A stretch of 63,597 nucleotides of DNA, the filler included, from Caldilineae bacterium (GTDB taxonomy: Bacteria; Chloroflexota; Anaerolineae; DTLA01), in assembly GCA_037446815.1 (NCBI GenBank). It is 3 parts of 3 records of this genome, joined end to end, with 100 filler letters (N's around TTAATTAATTAA, not from the genome) between each part and the next. Parts side by side here need not be neighbours in the genome. Positions count along the whole stretch, not along the records: positions 1 to 23,804 come from JBBIHX010000033.1; positions 23,905 to 47,679 come from JBBIHX010000034.1; 1 more part is not named here. One strand, written 5' to 3'. Shown here piece by piece: positions 16,051 through 26,205 of this stretch. Every line of letters starts with the position of its first letter. Positions within the stretch are counted from its first letter, which is position 1. The notes under the pieces are model-generated. The model worked only from the letters and a program-made list of their open reading frames with translations, did no database searches and was not told the origin of the DNA. The position numbers and the translations under genes are program-made.

Positions 16051-18774
16051 CTATGGCCCGCCCTCCGCCGTCGGTTCGGGCGTCGCCGTGGGGGCCGGCG
16101 TATCCGTGGGCGCGGGCGACGGCTCCGGCGAGGGCGTGGGGCTTGCCGGCGGCGTGGCCGTGGGCGTCGGCGTTGGGCTGACCGTGGGCGATGGCGTCGG
16201 CGTGGGCGTAGGCGTTCGCGTCCGCGTGGGCGTCGGCGTAACGGTGGGCGTGCGCGTGGGCGTGGGTGTCGGGTTGGCCACCTCCACCAGGGCGCGCGCC
16301 TCCACCGAGTTGCCCCGGTGGTCGTACACCACAAGGCGCAGCGTGTACGGCCCGTTGTCCAACTCCCGCGTGTCCCACTGGGTCAACAGGCCGCGATCCA
16401 CCATGTTCCCGATGGGCGCGCTGACGGGGCCCCATCCCAGCGGACTCGTGCCGACGCCGTACTCCACCACGTAGTGCGAGAAATCCCCCATCCGCGCCGT
16501 GCCGATGACCTGCACCACGCCCATCACCCGCGCATTCGGCTCGGGCCGCTCTATGACGGCAATCGGCGCGAAGGTGTGGACGGAGCACGTCGCCGACGGC
16601 GGCTGTGGGATGTTGTTCTTGTCCACCCAGGGCCGGAATTCCTCGGGCCAGACCTCAAAGTAGCGCTCCTCCACCACGTTGGCCGGGCAGAATTCGGTGG
16701 CACGCTGGCCGCTCACGGTGCAGATGCGCAGCAACTGGTGCACGTCCTTGCTCGGGTCGGTCGGTTCCGTGCCCGCGACGAAGACCTCGGTGCCGCGCGC
16801 CGGGCAGACCTCGCTGGGCGCGGAGCCGGATACGGTGCAGATTTCCGCCGTAACGATTCCGGGCGGGCGGATGAAGTCCTTGGGAGGAACACCCTCCAGC
16901 GCCTCTTTCATGAAGCGGTTCCAGATGGGGCCGGCCGCTCGCACTCCCGGAAGCCGCTTCATGGGCGTGTTGTCGCTGTTGCCCACCCAGACGCCCACGG
17001 CGATGTCGGGCGTGTAGCCGATGGTCCAGCCGTCGCGGTAGTCGTCAGTGGTGCCCGTCTTCACCGCGGCGGGCCGCCCGATCTCCAGCAGGTTCCCCGG
17101 GCCGAAGGCCGGCAGGCGCGCCTTGTTGTCCGAAAGAATGCTGGTGATGAGGTACGCGTGTTGCGGCGACACCACCTGCTGCCCGCGGTTGGCGTCCAGC
17201 GACTCAATCACGTGCCCCTGGCTGTCCAGGATGCGGCGAATGGGCGTCGGCGGGACGCGCACCCCTCCGTTGGCCAGCGCCTGGTAGGCCCCCACCATCT
17301 CCAGCAGGGTAACGTCGCCGCCGCCCAGCGTCAGCGACAGCCCGTAGTCCGGGCGGTTGAGCGACGTGATGCCCAGCCGATGCGCCGTCTCTAGCATATT
17401 CTTCAGCCCAACGAATTGCAGCGCCTTCACCGCCGGGATGTTGTAGGAGTTGGCCAGCGCCGTTCGGACGGTAACGGGGCCGTGCTCTTTGTTGTCGTAG
17501 TTGTGCGGCTTGTAGGGTGGGTTGGCCCCATCCGGGAACTCGGTCTCCATGTCCAGGATGACCGTCGCGGGCGTCCACCCCATCTCAAAGGCCGTGAGGT
17601 ACGTGATGGGCTTGATGGACGAACCGGGCTGGCGAAGGCGCAGGGCGACGTTCACCTGGCCGTCTATGCTCGCGTCGTTGAAGTCCGCGCTGCCAACCAT
17701 AGCCAGAATCTCGCCCGTGCGCACGTCCAGCGCCACCAGGGCGCCGTTGGTGGCATGGTGGCTCTCGCCAACCTGGGCAATGTGCTCGCTCACCGCGCGC
17801 TGGGCGATGGCCTGCAGGCGGGGGTCCAGCGTCGTGTACACCTGGAAGCCCCCACGGTACAGGACCTCGGTCCCGTACTTCTGCTCCAGAACCTCGCGCA
17901 CGTAGGCGACAAAGTGGGGCGCTTCCGAGCCATAGCGCGGCGGCACCAGGTTCAGCGGCTGCTGGGCGGCGGCTTCGGCCTGGGCGCTGGTGATATAGCC
18001 CTGCTCCACCATGAGTTGGAGGACCACGCGCTGGCGCTTCTTGGCGGCGTCAAAGTGGGCATACGGGTCGTACAGCGCCGGAGCCTGGGGCAGACCGGCC
18101 AGGAACGCCGATTCGGCCACATCCAGCGCGGCGGCCGTCTTCCCGAAATACGTCTCCGCCGCCGCCTCTATCCCATAGGCCAGGTTGCCGTAGTTGATCT
18201 CATTCAGGTAAATCTCCAGAATCTCATCCTTGCTGTAACGGCGGGTGATCTCGGCGGCGAGAACGGCCTCGGTGATCTTGCGCTTGAGGCTCACCTCCGG
18301 CGTCAGGAATAGGGTCTTGACCAGTTGCTGGGTGATAGTGCTCCCGCCCGAGACGATGCGGCGCTCCGTAACGTCGTACCACAGGGCGCGGAGGACGGAC
18401 AGCGGGTCAAACCCGGGATGCCGGTAGAAGTTGGCGTCCTCCGTCGCGATGGTCGCGTTGATGACGTGGGGCGAAATGCGGCTGATGGGCACGACGGTGC
18501 GCTTGCCGCCGTAGGGGTCAAAGATTTCGTAGAGCAGGCCGCCGTTGCGGTCGTAAATCTTGGTGCTCAAGAACGTGGCCGATCGCGCCCGCAGTTCTTC
18601 GGCCGGGGGCAGGTTGCGGGCGATGCGCGCGTACAACACCACGCCCACAGCCAGGGCGACGAAGAAAAGCGCCACGGCCACCGCCGACGCGATGGCGAAA
18701 GCCTTGGCGGCGCGGTACCAACCGCCGGGCCGCGCTTGTGCGATGGGTGAGGTGGAGACAGGGTGCTTTTGCAC
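16051..18774 (-). CDS. class A penicillin-binding protein (PBP1A) with C-terminal extension
   Basis: [36 protein letters not shown] (SxxK), SYN, KTGT; PT-rich tail. Confidence 0.96.
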   Translation of the reverse strand: MQKHPVSTSPIAQARPGGWYRAAKAFAIASAVAVALFFVALAVGVVLYARIARNLPPAEELRARSATFLSTKIYDRNGGLLYEIFDPYGGKRTVVPISRISPHVINATIATEDANFYRHPGFDPLSVLRALWYDVTERRIVSGGSTITQQLVKTLFLTPEVSLKRKITEAVLAAEITRRYSKDEILEIYLNEINYGNLAYGIEAAAETYFGKTAAALDVAESAFLAGLPQAPALYDPYAHFDAAKKRQRVVLQLMVEQGYITSAQAEAAAQQPLNLVPPRYGSEAPHFVAYVREVLEQKYGTEVLYRGGFQVYTTLDPRLQAIAQRAVSEHIAQVGESHHATNGALVALDVRTGEILAMVGSADFNDASIDGQVNVALRLRQPGSSIKPITYLTAFEMGWTPATVILDMETEFPDGANPPYKPHNYDNKEHGPVTVRTALANSYNIPAVKALQFVGLKNMLETAHRLGITSLNRPDYGLSLTLGGGDVTLLEMVGAYQALANGGVRVPPTPIRRILDSQGHVIESLDANRGQQVVSPQHAYLITSILSDNKARLPAFGPGNLLEIGRPAAVKTGTTDDYRDGWTIGYTPDIAVGVWVGNSDNTPMKRLPGVRAAGPIWNRFMKEALEGVPPKDFIRPPGIVTAEICTVSGSAPSEVCPARGTEVFVAGTEPTDPSKDVHQLLRICTVSGQRATEFCPANVVEERYFEVWPEEFRPWVDKNNIPQPPSATCSVHTFAPIAVIERPEPNARVMGVVQVIGTARMGDFSHYVVEYGVGTSPLGWGPVSAPIGNMVDRGLLTQWDTRELDNGPYTLRLVVYDHRGNSVEARALVEVANPTPTPTRTPTVTPTPTRTRTPTPTPTPSPTVSPTPTPTATPPASPTPSPEPSPAPTDTPAPTATPEPTAEGGP

Positions 18775-18913
18775 TACACTCCTCTGGTTTTTCGGATGGC
18801 CTATGATACAAACGCCCGCGGCGACTTGCCGGTTCCGCCTGTAGAGCGCGGCCTCATTATAGTATGCGGAGCGGGCGCGGCAAATTGAGGGGGGCCAGGG
18901 CGCATTTCGGCGC

Positions 18914-19063
18914 GATTCGGGGCCAACGTCTGCTGTTGGCTGTCATTGCGAGGGCGCGGAGCGCCCGAAGCAATCGCCGGGGCGTGCGATTGCTTCGCTT
19001 CGCTCGCAATGACACACGAGGAGAGTGCGCCCACAGTTCGCCAACACAAGATGGAACCGACTC
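18914..19063. mobile_element. 150-bp MITE; a ~40-bp direct repeat spans its left end and recurs just after it
   Basis: Terminal inverted repeats; GGGCCAGGGCGCATTTCGGCGYGATTCGGGGCCAACGTCTG at about 18892-18932 and 19064-19104. Confidence 0.8.
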
Positions 19064-19205
19064 GGGCCAGGGCGCATTTCGGCGTGATTCGGGGCCAACG
19101 TCTGTGGGTATTCGTCATCACGAAGAATCTCGTCCCTCACCCCAGCCCTCTGCCGGCGGGCGAGGGCGGATTGCCCTCGGCTCAGCATGACAGATGGGGG
19201 ACAAT

Positions 19206-19234
19206 GTGCGACGCACCTCGGAGGCGTGTCGCAC
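19206..19234. repeat. REP-like palindrome
   Basis: GTGCGACGCACCTCGGAGGCGTGTCGCAC; second copy at 24113-24147. Confidence 0.65.
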
Positions 19235-19245
19235 GTTCCCTATCC

Positions 19246-19273
19246 TTGACAACGGCGCGGGCGGCCTTATAAT
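19246..19273 (+). promoter_or_regulatory. consensus sigma70 promoter of yvcK
   Basis: TTGACA-N16-TATAAT. Confidence 0.8.
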
Positions 19274-19310
19274 CTGGGCCAGTGGGAGACTTCTATCTCT
19301 AGGAGCAGCC

Positions 19311-20612
19311 GTGAAACCGCGAACGCGATTCCGCTCGGCCCTGCGGTGGCTGGCGCCCGGCATGCACGTCAAGCGATGGCTCCTGTTGCTTCTGCTGGGC
19401 ACCAGCATCGTGGGTCTGGGCATTGCCTATGTCCTGAGGGAAATCTACGTGCGGTGGACCTTCCCGCCCGTGTTCTATTACCTCACGCTCCAGTTCATCG
19501 GGCGGACGTGGCGCGGGCTTCTGTTCGGCTTGGTGGGGCTGGCCGCAATCGGCGTCGCCATCTATCAACTCAACCGCTCGCTGTTGGCGGCCTTCCTCCG
19601 CCCCGGCCACGAGAATGTAGCCGAGACCGTGTACAAGCACTGGCAGCGCGAGCGCGGGCCCCGAATCGTGGCCATCGGCGGGGGAACGGGCCTCTCCACC
19701 CTGCTGCGCGGCCTGAAGGAGTACACCCAGAGCATCACGGCCATCGTTACCGTGGCCGATGACGGCGGCAGTTCCGGCAGGCTGCGCCGACAACTGGGCG
19801 TGCTCCCCCCGGGCGACTTCCGCAACTGCCTCACCGCCCTCGCCGACGCCGAATCGCTCACCACCCAACTGTTCCAGTACCGATTCAGCGAGGGCGAGGG
19901 GCTGAACGGGCACAGTTTCGGCAACCTGTTCATCGTCGCCATGGCGGGCGTTACGGGCAACTTTGAGCGCGCCCTGTTGGAGTCCAGCAAAGTCCTCGCG
20001 GTGCGCGGGCAGATTCTCCCCTCCACGCTGGAGAACGTAACCCTCGTCGCGGAACTGAAGGGCGAGGGCGAGGAGGTCTGCGAGGGCGAACCCGCCTGGG
20101 TGGAAGGGGAATCACAGATTCCGGAGTGCGGCCGTCCCATTGAGCGCGTCTTCCTGCAACCGAGCGACGTGCCGGCCTATCCCGGGGCGCTTCGGGCCAT
20201 CCTGGAGGCCGACCTCATCGTGGCTGGGCCGGGCAGTTTGTACACCAGCGTCCTGCCCAATCTGCTGGTGCCCGACATCGTCAGGGCGGTGCGGGCGTCG
20301 CGGGCCAAGAAGATTTACGTGTGCAACGTGGCCACGCAGCGGGGCGAGACCGAGGGCTATACCCTCGCTGACCACATGGCCGCGCTGCACCGCCACATCG
20401 GCGCGGACGTGTTCCCCAACGTGCTGGCCAACGACAACCTGTCCGAGGCGCTGCCCGACGTGCCCGGCGTGGCATGGGTGCGCCCCGAATACCCGTCCGA
20501 TGCGCCCTACCGCGTCTACACCGGCGACCTGGTGGATCGGGAACGCCCCTGGCGACACGATTCGGCAAAACTGGCCCGGTGGCTCATGGAGTTTTGCGAA
20601 GGGGCGGGATGA
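19311..20612 (+). CDS. yvcK: YvcK/GlmR (CofD-like) UDP-GlcNAc-binding protein with N-terminal TM segments
   Basis: AIGGGTGLS, VTVADDGGSSGRLR, PPGDFRNCL, GHSFGNL, GPGSLYTS; GTG start with AGGAG RBS. Confidence 0.93.
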   Translation: MKPRTRFRSALRWLAPGMHVKRWLLLLLLGTSIVGLGIAYVLREIYVRWTFPPVFYYLTLQFIGRTWRGLLFGLVGLAAIGVAIYQLNRSLLAAFLRPGHENVAETVYKHWQRERGPRIVAIGGGTGLSTLLRGLKEYTQSITAIVTVADDGGSSGRLRRQLGVLPPGDFRNCLTALADAESLTTQLFQYRFSEGEGLNGHSFGNLFIVAMAGVTGNFERALLESSKVLAVRGQILPSTLENVTLVAELKGEGEEVCEGEPAWVEGESQIPECGRPIERVFLQPSDVPAYPGALRAILEADLIVAGPGSLYTSVLPNLLVPDIVRAVRASRAKKIYVCNVATQRGETEGYTLADHMAALHRHIGADVFPNVLANDNLSEALPDVPGVAWVRPEYPSDAPYRVYTGDLVDRERPWRHDSAKLARWLMEFCEGAG

Positions 20613-20621
20613 GGGTATAAT
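20594..20621 (+). promoter_or_regulatory. possible sigma70 promoter of pgk
   Basis: TTGCGA-N16-TATAAT. Confidence 0.55.
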
Positions 20622-20715
20622 CCATCGTGAATTCTAGCACAATCTTCACCGCAACGTCCAGACGGGACTTCCCCGATGTCGCGGGGGCGTCTGGATTCAA
20701 TAAGGAGCGAGACGG

Positions 20716-21891
20716 ATGAACAAGAAGACGATTCGTGATGTGCCCGTGATGGGCAAGCGCGTCCTCGTGCGCGTGGACTTCAACGTGCCGCTGGAAGGGG
20801 GCGAGGTGCGCGATGACACCCGCATTGTGGCGGCCCTGCCAACCATCCGCTATCTGATGGACGAGAAGGCGCGGGTGATCCTCGCCTCGCACCTGGGCCG
20901 GCCCAAAGGCAAGCCCACGCCCGAATTCAGCCTGAGGCCGGTGGCCAAGCGGCTCGGCGAGTTGCTGGGCGCGCCCGTCGCTTTCGCGAACGACTGTGTG
21001 GGGCCCGAAGCCGAGGCTGCGGTCGCCGCGCTTTTGCCCGGCCAGGTGCTCATGCTGGAAAACCTGCGCTTCCACGCCGAAGAGGAGGCCAATGACCCCG
21101 AGTTCAGCCGCAAACTGGCTGCCCTGGCCGACCTGTACGTGAACGACGCCTTCGGCACGGCCCACCGCGCCCATGCCTCCACGGCGGGAGTCGCGGCCTA
21201 CCTGCCCGCGGTGGCCGGGTTCCTGATGGAGAAGGAGATTGACTACCTGAGCCGCGCCCTGGAAAATCCCAAGCGGCCCTTCGTGGCGATCCTGGGCGGC
21301 GCGAAGATTTCCGACAAGATCGGCGTGGTCAAGAATCTGCTGGGCAAGGTGGATCGGCTCCTCATCGGCGGGGGCATGGCCAACACGTTCCTCAAAGCCC
21401 AGGGCTACGACGTGGCGGCGTCGCTGGTGGAGGAGGACAGCGTCGCCGTCGCCCAGGAGTTGCTGGCCCAGGGCGCCGGCAAGATTCTCCTGCCGACCGA
21501 CGCGGTGGTGGCCGACGCCTTCGCCGCCGACGCGGAGGCCAAGACTGTCCCCGTAGGCCAGGTGCCGGCGGGTTGGCGCATTCTGGACATCGGGCCGGAG
21601 ACGGTCAAGGCGTTTTCCAAGGCGTTGCGCGGGGCTAAGACCGTGGTGTGGAACGGCCCCATGGGCGTCTTTGAGTTCCCGCGGTTCGCGGAGGGGACGT
21701 TCGCCATCGCGCACGCCTTGGCGAAACTGCCGGGCGCGGTTACCATTATCGGCGGCGGCGACTCGGCGGCGGCCGTGGAGCAGGCGGGCGTCGCGGACAA
21801 GGTGTCGCACGTGTCCACGGGCGGCGGGGCGTCGCTGGAGTTCCTGGAGGGCAGGACGCTGCCCGGCGTGGCCGCGCTCGCCGACAAGTAG
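20716..21891 (+). CDS. pgk: phosphoglycerate kinase
   Basis: [54 protein letters not shown]. Confidence 0.99.
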   Translation: MNKKTIRDVPVMGKRVLVRVDFNVPLEGGEVRDDTRIVAALPTIRYLMDEKARVILASHLGRPKGKPTPEFSLRPVAKRLGELLGAPVAFANDCVGPEAEAAVAALLPGQVLMLENLRFHAEEEANDPEFSRKLAALADLYVNDAFGTAHRAHASTAGVAAYLPAVAGFLMEKEIDYLSRALENPKRPFVAILGGAKISDKIGVVKNLLGKVDRLLIGGGMANTFLKAQGYDVAASLVEEDSVAVAQELLAQGAGKILLPTDAVVADAFAADAEAKTVPVGQVPAGWRILDIGPETVKAFSKALRGAKTVVWNGPMGVFEFPRFAEGTFAIAHALAKLPGAVTIIGGGDSAAAVEQAGVADKVSHVSTGGGASLEFLEGRTLPGVAALADK

Positions 21892-21924
21892 TCCCGGCAC
21901 ACCCGCGAGCGCAGCAAGGGGCGA

Positions 21925-22099
21925 CACTCGGTTTCATCTTGTGTTGGCCTGTCCCGCGCGCAGTCTCTCCATTCTGTCATGCTGAGCCGAAGGCGATGCT
22001 CCCTCGCCCTTCGGGAGAGGGCTGGGGTGAGGGGCGAGATTCTTCGCCCTTCCGCCGCTCAGAATGACAGTGGGCGCAAACGAGCTTGGGAACCGAATC
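21925..22099. mobile_element. ~175-bp MITE (inverted relative to 712-885)
   Basis: ACTCGGTTTCATCTTGTGTTGG ... GGGAACCGAATC ends; same cargo as 712-885. Confidence 0.75.
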
Positions 22100-22142
22100 A
22101 GCACCGACGGATACAGAGATGCCCACGGATGGCCGTTCTCCG

Positions 22143-22253
22143 TCCGTGGGCATCCGCGCTATCCGTGGACTACCCCCTGTCCTATCCGTGGGCATCCGCG
22201 CTATCCGTGAATTACCCCTGCCCTATCCGTGGGCATCCGCGCTATCCGTGGAT
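22143..22253. repeat. tandem repeat, 3 units with ~41-42 bp period
   Basis: TCCGTGGGCATCCGCGCTATCCGTG x3, preceded by an inverted partial copy (GATGCCCACGGA). Confidence 0.85.
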
Positions 22254-22296
22254 CGCCTGCGCCCCGTCCGCGGAGCGCGCTTTCGCAAGTCCGGCG

Positions 22297-23448
22297 CTAT
22301 TTCAGCGTTACCTTCATGTCCAGCGGCACGGTGTTGTACCACGTGTTGCCGGGTTTCAGCGGGAACAGTTGCCCGTCGGGGCCGATGAGGGTCAGCGGGT
22401 CCGGCCGATTGGGTCGCCGCCAGGTAACGTCCCACGCCTTGCCATCGCGGAGCACCGTCGCGCGCCCCTCGCCCCACAGTTGAATCTGGATGGAGTGGGA
22501 ACCGAGTTCATCCTCCACGATAAGCGTCTCCACGTGGTTGACGTACAGGATGACGACGTTGTCCGCCCCGATTTGCTGATCCGTCAGGCGGTCCTTGTGG
22601 GGCTCGCCCAGGATGGAGTGCAAATACTGCCCGCGCTGGGGGTCGTAGGTCCACGTCACGTCGGAGTAGTACTTGCTATAGGGGATGAACGCCGAGACAA
22701 CGGGCTTCCCGCCTGCGGGCACCGCGGCGTCGAACCGCATTCCGCGAATGTCCCGCTTGCCGAACCAGCCCTTGGTCTTCACGTAGTCCCAGATGGTTTT
22801 GGTGTCGGTAAACAGCGTGTGCTCGTAGGCAAGGCCGGGGATTTTCACCCGATAGAACACGGGCGCGCCGAACCAGTCGGATAGCGCCCGGTCGGCGAAG
22901 TCCGATTCTGTGATGAGGCGCGTAACCTCGGGGCTGGCCCCCGAATAAATCAGCCCGCACTGGAACATGGCGGGAATCTCCAAGTCAATCAGGCGGGCGC
23001 TCCGCACCGAGCCGATGCGTTCCACGTCGTGGCTGTGATAGATGGCGGTGTAGCGGGTTACGCCGCCCTCGGCCAGGTGCTCAAACACGATGTCGGCGGC
23101 CTGTAGCCCGGACTGGGGGCGCACCTGGGGCGAGTTGGAGATCTTGACGGCGATGGGCGGGCGTTCCAGCAGCGATGTATCAGCCACAGGCATGCCGGTC
23201 AGAGGCCAGACGTTGCCCGCCACGGTCGGCAGCGGCGTAGGCAGCGCGGCGGTCGGCTCGGGCGTCGCGGTCTCTACCTGAATCGGCGGTGGGGACGTTG
23301 GCGTTGGCGGTTCGGGCGTGGGCGTGGCAGCCGGCCGGGGCGTCTTGGTAGGGGTGGGTGTGGGCGCGGGACCGCCGCAGCCCGCCAGCGGCCAGGCCGT
23401 AGCAACCACCAGCAGGGCCAGCAGCGTCAGTTGCAGACAGCGCTTCAT
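22297..23448 (-). CDS. DUF3048 (YerB-like) lipoprotein
   Basis: Lipobox LAGC, PT linker, WPLTG, RPPIAVKISN, RPQSGLQAADIVFE..EGGVTR, GSVRSAR, PGNTW. Confidence 0.9.
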   Translation of the reverse strand: MKRCLQLTLLALLVVATAWPLAGCGGPAPTPTPTKTPRPAATPTPEPPTPTSPPPIQVETATPEPTAALPTPLPTVAGNVWPLTGMPVADTSLLERPPIAVKISNSPQVRPQSGLQAADIVFEHLAEGGVTRYTAIYHSHDVERIGSVRSARLIDLEIPAMFQCGLIYSGASPEVTRLITESDFADRALSDWFGAPVFYRVKIPGLAYEHTLFTDTKTIWDYVKTKGWFGKRDIRGMRFDAAVPAGGKPVVSAFIPYSKYYSDVTWTYDPQRGQYLHSILGEPHKDRLTDQQIGADNVVILYVNHVETLIVEDELGSHSIQIQLWGEGRATVLRDGKAWDVTWRRPNRPDPLTLIGPDGQLFPLKPGNTWYNTVPLDMKVTLK

Positions 23449-23514
23449 GTCGGGTCTATCCTCCGAAAAGAAATGCGCGGAAGCGTATCCGCGTTGCAAG
23501 GTGCGCACCCTCGG

Positions 23515-23542
23515 ATTATATCAGCCCGCGCCCTGCGCGCAA
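23515..23542 (-). promoter_or_regulatory. possible sigma70 promoter of the DUF3048 gene
   Basis: TTGCGC-N16-TATAAT with extended TG. Confidence 0.5.
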
Positions 23543-23557
23543 ACGCACCGGTGGGGA

Positions 23558-23707
23558 GAGTCGGTCTCATCTTGTGTTGGTGAACCGTAGGCGCACTCTC
23601 CTCGTGTGTCGTTGCGAGCGAAGCGAAGCAACCCCACGCCCCAGGGATTGCTTCGGGCGCTCCGCGCCCTCGCAATGACAAATACCAACAGGCTTTGAAC
23701 CCGAATC
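23558..23707. mobile_element. 150-bp MITE with perfect 8-bp TSD
   Basis: GGTGGGGA at 23550-23557 and 23708-23715; terminal inverted repeats. Confidence 0.9.
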
Positions 23708-23804
23708 GGTGGGGAAATTCGGTCCCAAGGTCCGTTGGTAACCGCCATTGCGAGGGAGCGACGCCCTCACCCCAGCCCTCTCCCAGCGGGCGAGGGAGCG
23801 ACGC

Positions 23805-23904
23805 NNNNNNNNNNNNNNNNNNNNNNNNNNNNNNNNNNNNNNNNNNNNTTAATTAATTAANNNNNNNNNNNNNNNNNNNNNNNNNNNNNNNNNNNNNNNN
23901 NNNN
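23805..23904. other. artificial contig-joining spacer
   Basis: 44 N + TTAATTAATTAA + 44 N (stops in all six frames). Confidence 0.95.
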
Positions 23905-24178
23905 AGGGCACGGGCGGAAGCCCCTCACCCCAGCCCTCTCCCAGCGGGCGAGGGAGCATTGCCCTCAGCCCGATGCTTCAGCGTCGGACGGCCCTGCTCG
24001 CTGTCATTCTTCGCGGCTTCGCCGCTCAGAATGAGAGTTGGCGTGGCGTGTTGCGAGCGGAGCGACCTCGGAGGATGGCAACCGCGAAGAACACGAATCC
24101 GCGTGAACAGGGAACGTGCGACGCACATCCGAGGTGCATCGCACGTTGTCCTGATGTCGCGAGCGGAGCAGTGCAAGT

Positions 24179-24207
24179 TTGACGGTTCGGGCATGTGCGG
24201 GTATCCT
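24179..24207 (+). promoter_or_regulatory. sigma70 promoter of tlyA (possibly a leaderless transcript)
   Basis: TTGACG-N17-TATCCT; the GTG start is 7 nt downstream. Confidence 0.55.
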
Positions 24208-24213
24208 GCATCT

Positions 24214-25008
24214 GTGAGCAAGGGCAAGGTACGCCTAGATGTGCTTCTGGTAGAGCGGGGCCTGGCCGAAACGCGCGAGAAGGCGCGGCGGCTGACGCTG
24301 GCGGGGAGCGTGGAAGTGGACGGCCACGTCGCCGACAAGCCGGGGATGGCCGTGGCCCGCGATGCGGACGTCCGCTTGCGCGAAGGGCTGCCCTTTGTCA
24401 GCCGCGGCGGGCTGAAACTGGCGGCGGCGCTGGATGCCTTCGGCATCGCGGTGGAGGGGCTCGTGGCGGCAGACTTCGGCGCGTCCACAGGCGGCTTCAC
24501 CGACTGCCTGCTCCAGCGCGGCGCGCGGCGCGTGTATGCCCTGGATGTGGGATACGGCCAACTGGCGTGGCCGCTGCGCGAGGACCCGCGCGTGGTCGTC
24601 ATGGACCGCGTGAACGTGCGCTACCTGGAGGCGCTTCCGGAGCCGGTGGACCTGGTTACGATAGACGTGTCGTTTATCTCCCTGGGCCTGGTGCTGCCGG
24701 CGGCGCTGCGCGTGCTGAAGCCCGAGACGGGTCAGGCGGTGGCGCTGGTGAAGCCGCAGTTTGAGGCGGGGCGGGACAAGGTCGGGAAGGGCGGCGTCGT
24801 GAAAGACCCTGCCGTTCACCGCGAGGTGTTGGGAAAAGTGCGAGGCGCGGCCCGCGAACTGGGCTTTCGCGTTCGCGGCGTGATGCGCTCGCCCATCACC
24901 GGCCCGGCGGGGAATGTGGAGTTCCTGATGCACCTGGCGCTGGCCGGGGATGAGCCGGACTGGGACGCTGCCCTGGAGATGGCAATGCAGACGACTCCAA
25001 CCGCGTAG
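24214..25008 (+). CDS. tlyA: TlyA family rRNA 2'-O-methyltransferase
   Basis: S4 domain [65 protein letters not shown]. Confidence 0.95.
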   Translation: MSKGKVRLDVLLVERGLAETREKARRLTLAGSVEVDGHVADKPGMAVARDADVRLREGLPFVSRGGLKLAAALDAFGIAVEGLVAADFGASTGGFTDCLLQRGARRVYALDVGYGQLAWPLREDPRVVVMDRVNVRYLEALPEPVDLVTIDVSFISLGLVLPAALRVLKPETGQAVALVKPQFEAGRDKVGKGGVVKDPAVHREVLGKVRGAARELGFRVRGVMRSPITGPAGNVEFLMHLALAGDEPDWDAALEMAMQTTPTA

Positions 25009-25017
25009 AGGAATTCA

Positions 25018-26205
25018 TTGACGGAGCGACACGCCGTGGCCGACGCCCATTCGCGAGACCGATACCCCCGTGCCTTCTTCCTGGCCATGTTTGCCAATTT
25101 CGTGTTCTTCGCGAGCATGCACCTGCTCATGTGGACGCTGCCCATCTACGTGTCGCTCCGCTTTCCGAGCGCGACGGCGGTGGGTCTTATCATGGGGCTG
25201 ATGGCGCTGTCGTCGGTGTTGCTGCGGCCGTGGGCCGGCAACTGGGCGGACCGGCAGGGACGCAAGGCGGTCATCCTCGCGGGCGTTGTCTGCACGGGCC
25301 TCGCGCCGCTGTTCTACCTGGGCGGGCAGTCGCCGGCGCTGCTGGCCCTGGGGCGGCTGATGAATGGGGCGGGCATCTGCCTGTTCACCACAGGCTACGG
25401 GGCGCTGATTCCGGATTTGGCCCTGCCGGCCAAGCGCGGCCAGGCCATCGGGCTTGCGGCCATCACCATGCCGCTCTCGCTGATGATTATGCCGCGCGTG
25501 GGCGCTGCGTTTCAGGAGCGGTTTGGGTTTCCGCTGCTCTTCGTAACCTCCTGTTTGGTTGCCGCCATTGCGCTGGGGGTGAGCCTGGGGCTGCCGCGCG
25601 GCAATTTCCGGGCGGTGTCGGAGGCCGGGGCGGTATCTTTCCGCAGCGTGTTGGGTATGCGCCGGCTGTGGGCGGCCCTCGCCGCGGTGGCGGCGCTGGC
25701 GCTCTCCTACGGCGCGCTGCTGTCGTTCCTGCCTCTGTTCGCCCAGGAGCGCGCCATTCCGAATGGAAGTTACTTCTTCCTGGCCTATGGCCTGGCGCAG
25801 GTGGTGGCGAGTTATTCCGTTGGCGACCTCTCGGATCGCTGGGGCCGGGCTAGGGTGATCGCGCCAGGGATGCTAGGTGTGGCAGCGGTCATGGCGATGG
25901 TCTCTCGCGTGGGCCACCTGGTGCCGCTGCTCGTGCTCGCGTTCGTCATGGGTCTGCTCTTCGGCGCGGCGAAGATTCCCCTGGATGCGTTCTGCGTGGA
26001 TTCGGTTCCGGCGGAAGGACGGGGAGTGGTGGTAAGCCTGGAGTTCGCCGTGTTTGACGCGGGCATCGGCGTGGGGTCGCTGGGCCTGGGCGCGGTGGCC
26101 GACGCGGTGGGCTACAGCAACATGTTCCTGGTGATGTCGGGGCTGGTCGTGGCGGGACTTCTGGCCTTTATGCTGCTTTACCGGAGGAACGGCTGTGCGG
26201 CGTAG
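25018..26205 (+). CDS. MFS transporter
   Basis: About 12 TM; motif A in both halves (GNWADRQGRK, GDLSDRWGR). Confidence 0.92.
   Translation: MTERHAVADAHSRDRYPRAFFLAMFANFVFFASMHLLMWTLPIYVSLRFPSATAVGLIMGLMALSSVLLRPWAGNWADRQGRKAVILAGVVCTGLAPLFYLGGQSPALLALGRLMNGAGICLFTTGYGALIPDLALPAKRGQAIGLAAITMPLSLMIMPRVGAAFQERFGFPLLFVTSCLVAAIALGVSLGLPRGNFRAVSEAGAVSFRSVLGMRRLWAALAAVAALALSYGALLSFLPLFAQERAIPNGSYFFLAYGLAQVVASYSVGDLSDRWGRARVIAPGMLGVAAVMAMVSRVGHLVPLLVLAFVMGLLFGAAKIPLDAFCVDSVPAEGRGVVVSLEFAVFDAGIGVGSLGLGAVADAVGYSNMFLVMSGLVVAGLLAFMLLYRRNGCAA

Noticed and set aside
22143..22253. Possible mini CRISPR array
   Set aside because: The spacers are only 16-17 nt and resemble each other; no cas genes or leader are present.
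23849..23860. TTAATTAATTAA palindrome inside N runs (also 47724-47735)
   Set aside because: Identical 44N-12-44N structure at both sites marks an artificial six-frame-stop contig linker, not biology; adjacency across it is not evidence.
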